NCBI GenBank assembly: GCA_965198235.1
Contig: OZ240248.1
Coordinates: forward strand, 4,928,001-4,992,000
DNA: 64,000 bases
Reading direction: 5' to 3'
DNA from: Candidatus Poribacteria bacterium
GTDB lineage: Bacteria; Poribacteria; WGA-4E; WGA-3G
In this document: positions 20,745 to 28,795 of the stretch, in pieces
Position numbering within the stretch: position 1 is the first letter of the stretch
How the letters are laid out: each line of letters opens with the position of its first letter
The notes under the pieces: model-generated
Database searches by the model: none
Told to the model about the DNA's origin: nothing
Seen by the model: the letters and a program-made list of their open reading frames with translations, nothing else
Program-made: the position numbers and the translations under genes

Positions 20745-20902
20745 ATAAACTTGAAAAGATGCTATCGGCTTTCAGAAACCAATACCCTCTTCCCATAGGA
20801 GCGAGTGTTTTTGCTTGGGGTGTTTTTGCTTGGGGTTTTTGATAGGGGTCTTTGCTTGGGCGTTTCTGCGGATTTCTGCGGATTTCCCCATGCTCGCGAT
20901 TC

Positions 20903-20965
20903 TTACTGACGGCTGACCGCTGACTGCTATTCTTACTGACAACTGATAACTGATAACTGATAACT
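20903..20965. repeat. Heptamer (CTGAYAR-like) intergenic repeat family
   Basis: ctgacaa-ctgataa x3; related arrays near 2500-2640, 14420-14580, 27780, 30845 and 35180-35290. Confidence 0.65.
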
Positions 20966-21047
20966 TCTGGAAAAAGATCGGCTTGCACTTATCGGTGTAA
21001 TGCTTTATGATATTGGATATGAGACTATGCAAAGGAGACAACATTAG

Positions 21048-22250
21048 ATGCTAAGTGTTGAAGAAGCCCGCCAACAGATGCTAAATACCATTCCGGTTTT
21101 ACCCACGGAGAAGCGGGAAATTCTAAGTTGTGCGGGCTACGTTCTCGCAGAGGCACTGCACGCCGAAGAAAACATTCCTCCGTTCGACAATTCAGCAATG
21201 GATGGGTATGCGGTTCGCGCAGCGGATGTTCAGAATGCTTCCGAAGCGAAGCCTGCTGTTCTTTCGATTGTGGAGACGATCGCCGCGGGATATGCCCCAA
21301 CAAAACGGGTTGCGACCGGGCAAGCGTCGCGTATCATGACCGGTGCAATGATGCCTGAAGGTGCCGATGCGGTCGTGATGCAAGAGGTGACCCAGCGGGA
21401 TGGGGATGAAGTCAAGATTTTTGAGGGTATTGACAAAACTGGGAACGTCCGTTTCACAGGTGAGAGTGTCGCGGAGGGGCAACAGGTAATGGGAAAAGGG
21501 AAATACCTACGTCCGCCGGAAGTTTCAATGCTTGCCTCTCTTAATTGCCCAGAGGTTACAGTCTATCGCAAGCCTACCGTTGCGATTGTCTCGACAGGTG
21601 ACGAACTCACGCCACTCGGTGAACCGCTTGAACCGGGAAAAATTCGAGATAGCAACCGTTACGGTCTCTATGCACAGGTCGAGGAAGCAGGAGGCATACC
21701 GATTGATATGGGTATTGCGCCTGATGATGAAGCAGAAACAGAGCGTATCTTTCGGGCAGCACTCGCGAAGGCTGATGCTCTGATTACAAGCGGTGGTGTT
21801 TCGGTAGGGGAGCACGACGTAGTCAAAAGTGTATTGGCGAGATTGGGAGAGATTAACTTCTGGCGCGTCGCGATGAAGCCCGGAAAACCGCAGGCATACG
21901 GCATTTCGGACGGAAAACCTATTTTTGGATTGCCGGGCAATCCGGTCTCTTCGCTCGTTGTGTTTGAGCTCTTTGTACGACCTGCGCTTCTCAAAATGGC
22001 GGGACATACAGAACTGTTGCGTCCGACCTTCAAAGCCACTTTAGCTGAACCCGTTACCAATAGAGACGGACGTGTTAATTATATGCGCGCAATTCTCAAA
22101 GAGTCTAATGGAGATTACACTGCCGAAACGACAGGACCACAGGGTTCAGGAATCCTACATTCACTCGTTTTGGCAAACGGCTTAATCACGATTCCAGCTG
22201 GTGCGACGTTAGGTGCCGGAGAAACAGTGGATGCCCAATTTCTGTTCTAA
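21048..22250 (+). CDS. moeA: Molybdopterin molybdotransferase
   Basis: PPFDNSAMDGYA, IMTGA, STGDEL, TSGGVSVG, KPGKP and GLPGNPVS motifs. Confidence 0.96.
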   Translation: MLSVEEARQQMLNTIPVLPTEKREILSCAGYVLAEALHAEENIPPFDNSAMDGYAVRAADVQNASEAKPAVLSIVETIAAGYAPTKRVATGQASRIMTGAMMPEGADAVVMQEVTQRDGDEVKIFEGIDKTGNVRFTGESVAEGQQVMGKGKYLRPPEVSMLASLNCPEVTVYRKPTVAIVSTGDELTPLGEPLEPGKIRDSNRYGLYAQVEEAGGIPIDMGIAPDDEAETERIFRAALAKADALITSGGVSVGEHDVVKSVLARLGEINFWRVAMKPGKPQAYGISDGKPIFGLPGNPVSSLVVFELFVRPALLKMAGHTELLRPTFKATLAEPVTNRDGRVNYMRAILKESNGDYTAETTGPQGSGILHSLVLANGLITIPAGATLGAGETVDAQFLF

Positions 22251-22259
22251 ACGTAATGT

Positions 22260-23120
22260 GTGAAGGAGTGTCCTATGATTATAGATACCCATGTTCACGT
22301 CTGGGAAATCGATCCCCCGAAGTACCCTGTCGGTCCAACTGCGCCGAGTTGGAATTCCTATCCAGATGAACCCGGTACTGCCGATGAACTTTTAGCAGAG
22401 ATGGACGCGCACGGCGTAGACTGGACAGTGCTCGTGCAGACCAGTTGGTCCACTTGGGATAACGGCTATATCGCGGATTCGGTAGAACGTTTTCCTGATC
22501 GGTTTATCGGACACGGATTAATCGATCCACAAGATCCGAACAATGCCGAGCAAGTCCGCTATTGGATAAAGGAGAGAGGTTTAGTAGGTTTCCGCTTCCA
22601 TCCGATGTACTATCCGGATGAAAAGATATTGCTTACTCGACAGAACGGTCCGATGTGGGAAGAGATCGCAGCGTTGGATGCCATCATCCAATTTCACTTA
22701 CGCGCTGAGTTTGCGGATCAGGTTGCTGATATTGCACAACGGCACCCCCATCTGAGACTTATTGTTGACCATATAGGTTACCCCCAGGTAGATGCCGAAG
22801 AAGCGGCGTTTCAACCCATCGTGGAACTCGCACGCTATGACAACGTCCACTTGAAACTATCGGATGTCGCTGGACGTTCGCGCCAAGAGTTTCCTTACCC
22901 AGACGTGCATCCGTTTATTGAGAAGTTGCTATCGGTTTTCGGTGCGGAGCGGACGGTATGGGGGACAGGCTACCCCGGTCACCACAGACAAAAGCACAAC
23001 TGGCCCTCTTTAGCGCAGGAACTCCAACTCATTCGGGTAGGGCTTCCGTTCCTGACAGATAACGATCGGGAACGCATCTTGGGTGGGACTGCCGCGGAGA
23101 TATGGAATTTAGCAACATAG
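22260..23120 (+). CDS. Amidohydrolase_2 family protein
   Basis: IDTHVH, VDHIG, KLS and WGTGYP; the start may be the ATG at 22275. Confidence 0.85.
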   Translation: MKECPMIIDTHVHVWEIDPPKYPVGPTAPSWNSYPDEPGTADELLAEMDAHGVDWTVLVQTSWSTWDNGYIADSVERFPDRFIGHGLIDPQDPNNAEQVRYWIKERGLVGFRFHPMYYPDEKILLTRQNGPMWEEIAALDAIIQFHLRAEFADQVADIAQRHPHLRLIVDHIGYPQVDAEEAAFQPIVELARYDNVHLKLSDVAGRSRQEFPYPDVHPFIEKLLSVFGAERTVWGTGYPGHHRQKHNWPSLAQELQLIRVGLPFLTDNDRERILGGTAAEIWNLAT

Positions 23121-23390
23121 AATCCTGTTACGTAGAAACTACCCCTATTGAGACCAGACTATCATGGCAACAATTGCAACATGATGGAGTGAGATGGATT
23201 ATCGCGATTCAGGAGAATCGGGGCATCCACTGTTCTTCTTACACGGCACTGGACATTTGCCTTTTTCCGTTCTTGAAAATTTCAGACGCTTGTGATATAC
23301 TATTCAAATCAGTTCGGGTGGGACTACCATGAATCGGCCCCTCACTCCATTCCTGTCACCCTCCCACCATAATCCGCAGAGGAGCGTTTT

Positions 23391-23657
23391 ATGTCAGATC
23401 AAAATAGTCTTGATATATTTGAACTTAAGGAAGATGCTATTCGTCTTCAAGCAAGAATGGAAGAAGTCGATAAAGTTGAATCACGCCTCAGTAACCGGAT
23501 TCAGGAAGTAAAAAACGACCTCAAAGGTGATATTCAAGGTGCCAAGAAGGATATCCATGACAGAATAACTCGATTAGAAACACGCTTGCAGTGGTCTGTA
23601 ACTGTAGCAATAGGTGTCACAGGCATCGTTGTTGCTATAATCGTTAAATTTGTATAG
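23391..23657 (+). CDS. Small coiled-coil protein with a C-terminal TM helix (CCDC90/XhlA-like)
   Basis: GAGGAG RBS; heptad-rich body followed by WSVTVAIGVTGIVVAII. Confidence 0.6.
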   Translation: MSDQNSLDIFELKEDAIRLQARMEEVDKVESRLSNRIQEVKNDLKGDIQGAKKDIHDRITRLETRLQWSVTVAIGVTGIVVAIIVKFV

Positions 23658-23677
23658 TTGGAAAACGGAGATTTACC

Positions 23678-23980
23678 ATGTCAGAAAAACCACAAGGGTT
23701 GCATATATATACACCAACTCGTCTGGAATGGCTTGCAGTGATGTTAAATACGCTTTTTCAGTACGACAATCTCTCATCCGATGGATTCATGTTGTATTAT
23801 ATGGGCTTAAAAGATGGAGAGACTATCCGAATAGTCGTCAGGTATGATGCGAACGTGAATAAATCTCTCATGGAGCAGAAGATTAGGGTCGCCAGAGAAG
23901 CTATTTCAAGATATGCTAAAAATTATGGATGGGAATCATGGATTAAGACTGAAGTAGATATTGAGGAACTCAATCAGTAA
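23678..23980 (+). CDS. Hypothetical protein
   Basis: GGAG RBS, 100 aa, 20 nt after the preceding gene; AT-rich. Confidence 0.55.
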   Translation: MSEKPQGLHIYTPTRLEWLAVMLNTLFQYDNLSSDGFMLYYMGLKDGETIRIVVRYDANVNKSLMEQKIRVAREAISRYAKNYGWESWIKTEVDIEELNQ

Positions 23981-24094
23981 TCAAAGTAAGAGGTATAATG
24001 CCTCACGAAATACGTTGGATTTCACGAGTTCCATTCAATCTACTGACTGGGTACCCTTTGAGGGCACCCAGATACACTCTTTTTCAAAGACTCG

Positions 24095-24934
24095 CTAAGC
24101 TTGTGGAATCTCGACCGGCAGATCCAGCCGGTCTCCCCACTCTTTCCATGAGCCTATGTAGTTGCTCACTTTTGGATAACCCAAGAGCCGCAACGCCAAA
24201 TAGGCTTGGGAAGAGCGGTAGCCCCCCTGTCAGTAGCACATAACCTGTTTGTCGGGTGTAATACCAACGGCTTCATACATCTCCCGGAGTTCGTCAGCAG
24301 GTTTGAAAGCCCCCACTTCGTCAAGATTATTAAGCCATTCAATGTGAATAGAGCTGGGAATAGCACCTGCCCGCTCTGCGCGGGCGACCCTACCGTAGTG
24401 TTCGTCGTCGGTGCGCGTATCAAGCGGGATAAAGTCGCTTCGGTTTAACAGGACGCGAATCACATCAGCATCCATGTGTATATCGTGTTGAGCATTTATC
24501 GGAAAAGGTGGTACCTCCGGTGGTTCAGCCCCCGCTGTACTAATAGGTCCATCTGCCGATAGCCATGCCTTGAAACCACCATCTAATAAACGGGTTTCTG
24601 GATGCCCTAAGTATTCGCAAAACCAAAACCCTCGCGAGGCGCGCGTTCCCGATATGTCTTCATACCATACAATCGGTTTACTCGGATCAAGACCGCGTTG
24701 CTGAAACAGGTATGCTATCATCCACATAAAGGCATCATACGTCTCTTTCCGAGTGTCAATAAGGCTTAAACCGAACAAATCTAAATGAAGAGCACCGGGG
24801 ATGTGTCCTCGAATATATTCATAAGTCGGTCGCGTATCGACGATGCAGAACGTTTGATCGTCGAGTGTGCCTTTCAATTCCTCAGCAGAGATAACCAGTT
24901 GTGGATTTTCGTACCCTTTGTAGGTTTCCATCAT
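24095..24934 (-). CDS. Tandem-domain rhodanese/sulfurtransferase (SseA/TST-like) with in-frame TGA at the catalytic position; putative selenoprotein, 279 aa
   Basis: HIPGA and DTR motifs; read-through of TGA 24232-24230 gives [49 protein letters not shown], then TAG at 24097-24095. Confidence 0.88.
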
Positions 24935-24984
24935 TAGCTAACTCCTTCCGAATTTTTTGTAGAATGCATTTGCTGTGCTGCGTT

Positions 24985-26358
24985 CTACGCTACTTTAGGT
25001 TTCTTTTTAACAATTTTTATTGCCTTCCACCTTCCAGTACTGTACCAAAACCACATCGCTATGCCTTGCACAACGTTTGAGAGGGCGATCCCTAACCAAA
25101 CGCCATTGAGTCCGATGAAGTGCGAAAGTAGAATCACGAGTCCCAAACCGATGACTACCTGTGCCGCAAGTGTAATCACCATTGGAGAGAAGGTGTCTCC
25201 GGCACCGTTGAGTGCTCTTCCCAAGATGAGCGAAAAGGCGATGAATCCGAACGTCGGGGACAGAAATTGTAGATAAACGATACCGATCTCAACAACACCC
25301 GTTTCCGGTGTAAAAATCCGGATGAATGTCTGTGGAAAAAGGAAGAAAACTGCGCCGATGACTGCCATGATCGCAGCACCTAAAAGGTTCGCCACTCGTG
25401 TTGAGCTCTCAGCGCGTTCTATCTGATTCGCACCTAAATTCTGGCCGACTAAGGGAACAACTGCGTTTGCGATGCCGAAACCGGGATTCATTACCATAAT
25501 CCGCAGCCGCATACAAATCGTATACGCCGCAACGACGGTCTTCCCGTAAGGTCCGATTACCCACAGAAAACCGAGTCTCGAAATATGCCGCCAAAACCCT
25601 TGCATAGAACTGTAAACGCCGAGCCTTAAAATGTCAAGCATTTCCACGAGGTCTACCTGATACCGAACGCTTCGAAATGAAACAGGTGCACGTCCACTCC
25701 AACAGAGATAAAGTAGGATAATTACGCTCGCGCCGCGCCCGATAAGCGTCGCATACGCGGAACCTGCTACCCCCAGTTTTGGAAACCCCCATAAACCAAA
25801 AATCAATAACGGATCAAGAACAATGTTAATCAGCGTTGAGAAAATCAGCACGATCATTGGGGTGATTGTGTCCCCGCCGGCGCGAAAGACAGAACCGAGG
25901 GTCATCGAAACGAACATTGTACTAATACCGGCGAGAATGATATGCATGTAAGTGGTGCCGAGCCTTAAGACCTCTGGATCTACCATTCTGACGGCGAGTA
26001 AACCTTGCTCAGCTAACGGATAGCCGACGAGGGTTACACCGATGGAGAAAAAAACAGCTAACAGCACTGACTGCATGGCGATGTGCTCAGCTTGTGCGAG
26101 GTTCCTTGCTCCGAGGTACTGTGCCACCATAATCCCGGCTCCTGTTGAAATGCCAAGCGAGAAAACCCCGATTAATCGGATTAAGTTTCCGCTCACTCCG
26201 ACAGCCGCTATCGCGCCAGCACCGAGCCTTCCAACGAAAATCATATCGACAATGTTGAATGCCTCTTGAAGCATGTAGCTGAGTATTATCGGTCCTGACA
26301 GCCGTAACAGGTGTCTTAGGGGACTCCCTCGGGTCAAATCTCCCCGTGTTTTTTTCAT
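24985..26358 (-). CDS. MATE family efflux transporter
   Basis: DMIFVGRLG, RAGGDT.TPM, NIVLDPLLIFG and GQNLGA; true start MKKTRG at 26358, because the ORF-track extension lies inside the IS end. Confidence 0.92.
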   Translation of the reverse strand: MKKTRGDLTRGSPLRHLLRLSGPIILSYMLQEAFNIVDMIFVGRLGAGAIAAVGVSGNLIRLIGVFSLGISTGAGIMVAQYLGARNLAQAEHIAMQSVLLAVFFSIGVTLVGYPLAEQGLLAVRMVDPEVLRLGTTYMHIILAGISTMFVSMTLGSVFRAGGDTITPMIVLIFSTLINIVLDPLLIFGLWGFPKLGVAGSAYATLIGRGASVIILLYLCWSGRAPVSFRSVRYQVDLVEMLDILRLGVYSSMQGFWRHISRLGFLWVIGPYGKTVVAAYTICMRLRIMVMNPGFGIANAVVPLVGQNLGANQIERAESSTRVANLLGAAIMAVIGAVFFLFPQTFIRIFTPETGVVEIGIVYLQFLSPTFGFIAFSLILGRALNGAGDTFSPMVITLAAQVVIGLGLVILLSHFIGLNGVWLGIALSNVVQGIAMWFWYSTGRWKAIKIVKKKPKVA

Positions 26359-26386
26359 CAAAATCTTCGGATTGGAAACCCCGAAT

Positions 26387-27412
26387 TCATTCGGGGGAGG
26401 AAAACCCACTCCTGTTGTTGAAATTCAGACGCGTCAGCACTCTAAAATCAGAGGGTTTCGCATTTTGGCAAAGACGGGGTTTCCCTGACAAAGAATACAA
26501 GGAAATCCCTTGCTTTCCAAAACCAGCAATACGGGTGAGACCATACTTACTGTGTCTCACAAGAGTGTTTTTTATCAAACGACTCCAAGTCGTCCCACCA
26601 TAACGGGGTCTTTCGCCACCTTGCTGTGAGTTCTGACGATGCAGTTGACGTCTGACAATCGGTATCGGTGAAATGCACAGTAAATGCCGGTTGTCTACAA
26701 TAGGTGCACCCCCAACAGTCTCATATGCCAGACACCAACTGTCAACACAATGCGCAGCAAATGTTTCAGAAAGCTTCTTGGAAGATTTCTTCAAACCGAG
26801 GCTCTCACGAATCGCTTTCGTCTGCCATCCCCGGAGTATCAACAACTCCCACCGCTTCTGAATCTCAGCGTAGAACCACTGCTTGCCCACTTCTAACGGA
26901 CTAAAGGACTGATTCCACTTTTTCGCATGTGCTATCGTGCGTGCTTTGATATCCTCAACACAAATATGGGTGATAGGAAACATCTTCGAGAACCAGTCAA
27001 GGATCCGAAGTTTCCACTCCCATCTCACACGTGTTCCCGCAGGAACTCGCTCTCTGTTGGCAAGTCTATTGGGGCGACTTTTGCGGTTCGGACACTTTCG
27101 AGAACGTCTACCTCTCCGCAACTCACGACGCTTCTCGAGCTTCTGACTGACTTTATTATGGGCATCTGCCTGCACATTCAGATACGTATGTGCTTGACTT
27201 TTGACAGTAAAACCTTCTTTCTTACTACCGGGATCTACCCCAACGACGATTTCTTGTTTGTAATCCTTAGACGGATCCACATTCAGCCGCACACAGAAGA
27301 CACCGTTTTTCCAAAAAGGTGTCGCTTTTCCTGATTTTATCCACTTCCCCGCGCGCTGTGGCGTTGTCGGCATCAGTGGATTTTGGTATTTATCGACGAC
27401 CATAACAAACAT
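26387..27412 (-). CDS. isrB: IsrB RNA-guided nickase (RRXRR/PLMP domain, split RuvC, no HNH), 341 aa
   Basis: PLMP; RuvC-I VGVDPG; Arg-rich bridge helix RRELRRGRRSR; RuvC-II CVEDI; RuvC-III HCVD; no HNH between RuvC-II and RuvC-III. Confidence 0.88.
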   Translation of the reverse strand: MFVMVVDKYQNPLMPTTPQRAGKWIKSGKATPFWKNGVFCVRLNVDPSKDYKQEIVVGVDPGSKKEGFTVKSQAHTYLNVQADAHNKVSQKLEKRRELRRGRRSRKCPNRKSRPNRLANRERVPAGTRVRWEWKLRILDWFSKMFPITHICVEDIKARTIAHAKKWNQSFSPLEVGKQWFYAEIQKRWELLILRGWQTKAIRESLGLKKSSKKLSETFAAHCVDSWCLAYETVGGAPIVDNRHLLCISPIPIVRRQLHRQNSQQGGERPRYGGTTWSRLIKNTLVRHSKYGLTRIAGFGKQGISLYSLSGKPRLCQNAKPSDFRVLTRLNFNNRSGFSSPE

Positions 27413-27620
27413 GGTTTGTAAGTTCCCTTTCGGGTTGTATATTGCCCCATCCAGATCACGGTATCCGAGAGGAATCAGACTTGGGGAGCATCCGAAACGT
27501 CGTGCTGGCTGCCACGCCAAGATACTGCGATATTTTACTGTAGAAAACTGTTTTGTCCTATGCAGGGAACGTTTGGCTACGCTATGCATAAGCCCCCGAC
27601 TTCAGTCGGGGGTAGTTGAC
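27413..27620 (-). ncRNA. omegaRNA scaffold (HEARO-like); guide expected from the flank at about 27621-27640
   Basis: About 200 nt of non-coding sequence between the element end and the isrB start, opening with a GC-rich hairpin; this is the canonical position for IscB/IsrB omegaRNA. Confidence 0.7.
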
Positions 27621-27729
27621 ATCTTTGATGTTTTGGCTGTTTGGTCGTGCCGTTTCAATCCCTTTCCGCCTTAATTTGCTTATCGAATCGAAGTTTGATA
27701 AACCCTACAATCCGATACGTCTTGACTTC

Positions 27730-27758
27730 ACTATAGCAGAATTCCGGTCGGCTGTCAA
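27730..27758 (-). promoter_or_regulatory. sigma70 promoter reading into guide/omegaRNA-isrB-MATE
   Basis: Minus strand TTGACA-17 nt-TATAGT with an extended TG. Confidence 0.6.
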
Positions 27759-27849
27759 GCGAAATCGCATCTGCTCTAACTGCTGATCACTGACACCTGA
27801 ATGTTAATTGCTGAAAACTGAATACTTTTCATTTTTAGTCGTTTTTTGT

Positions 27850-27879
27850 TTGACAGAATCCATGTAAACCTGTTATAAT
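27850..27879 (+). promoter_or_regulatory. sigma70 promoter of the LamG gene
   Basis: TTGACA-18 nt-TATAAT with TG, followed by AGGAGG RBS. Confidence 0.6.
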
Positions 27880-27906
27880 GTTTCATATTTTTTCAGGAGG
27901 CAAAAC

Positions 27907-28695
27907 ATGAAGAACGCAATATTGACTTGCAAAATCTCATTCTATGGGATTGTGTGTTTTTTGGTAGCACTGACCATGTTATTTACACCGTTCGTCTCGG
28001 CAGATCTTGGAGACGGTCTTATCCTACATCATTCTTACGATGAGGGGGAAGGCACGCTCGCTGCAGACGCGAGCGGTAACGGACACGATGGTGAAATTTC
28101 CAATCCGGATTGGGTGGACGGACAGATTGGGAAGGCTCTCCGGTTTGGCGGCGACGGCAGCGACGTGTTCGTCACTGTTGAAAGCACGGATGTCTTGAAC
28201 GTGAACGAATGTACATTTGCGGCATGGATTAACGCCGACCACTGGAACGGCACGCGTCAGATTGTTGGTAAATCCGTTCACGGTGGGTGTGCGGGTAGAA
28301 CGCAATACGGTCTATTCAGCGAAGGTGGGGTTTTCAAACTTCGTTTTGAAACCGAAGGTGGCAGAGCCGACATCGCAACCGATCTTCCACCGACAGGTGA
28401 GTGGATTCACGTTGCTTTTACTAACGATGGCGAAACCGCAACAATCTACATCAACACCGAAGCGGTCGAGGAAGGCGAAGTGCCGGGTGAGCTCAAAGCC
28501 AACGACGATCCGTGGCGGATCGGGCAGGATTGTGAACGCCTCAACTATGTCTTCGCGGGCGTGATAGACGAGGTTTCTCTCTGGAGCCGTGCTTTGAGTG
28601 CTGACGAGATTGGTATGGCATCAGAATTGGGTGTGCCTGTTGATCCTCGAGCGAAATTAGCCACCACTTGGAGCAACATCAAAATTGCTCATTAA
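27907..28695 (+). CDS. Secreted LamG/ConA-like protein (paralog A)
   Basis: Signal peptide, GKALRF, WIHVAFT and GVIDEVSLW; C-terminal VDPRAKLATTWSNIK. Confidence 0.87.
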   Translation: MKNAILTCKISFYGIVCFLVALTMLFTPFVSADLGDGLILHHSYDEGEGTLAADASGNGHDGEISNPDWVDGQIGKALRFGGDGSDVFVTVESTDVLNVNECTFAAWINADHWNGTRQIVGKSVHGGCAGRTQYGLFSEGGVFKLRFETEGGRADIATDLPPTGEWIHVAFTNDGETATIYINTEAVEEGEVPGELKANDDPWRIGQDCERLNYVFAGVIDEVSLWSRALSADEIGMASELGVPVDPRAKLATTWSNIKIAH

Positions 28696-28795
28696 AACAT
28701 CGTAGGCGCGCTTCCCAAGCGCGCCTATCCCTTTCCCTATCCTGCCTGAGTTCACACCTACTCGCGAGACAATATAACAAACAGCGGAGAAATAA

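Larger units (their letters stand above)
26359..27620 (-). mobile_element. Non-autonomous IS200/IS605-family OMEGA element (isrB + omegaRNA, no tnpA)
   Basis: Subterminal hairpins CCCCGAAT-TC-ATTCGGGG (26379-96) and CCCCCGACT-TC-AGTCGGGGG (27593-612); GTCAACTACCCC terminus; ATGAA flank at the other end; no TSD evident. Confidence 0.85.

Noticed and set aside
20722-21044. ORFs of 88 and 90 aa on the minus strand
   Set aside because: They are translations of intergenic heptamer and simple repeats
24230-24934. Rhodanese as a truncated pseudogene
   Set aside because: The stop is TGA exactly at the catalytic Cys and the downstream frame is fully conserved, so Sec read-through is more parsimonious, although not proven
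26359-26409. N-terminal extension of the MATE ORF (MGFPPPNEF...)
   Set aside because: It lies in the IS terminal hairpin and is a chance in-frame extension
27413-27589. N-terminal extension of the 400-aa ORF 26387..27589
   Set aside because: IsrB/IscB proteins begin just before PLMP (MFVMVVD at 27412); the extension is the omegaRNA region
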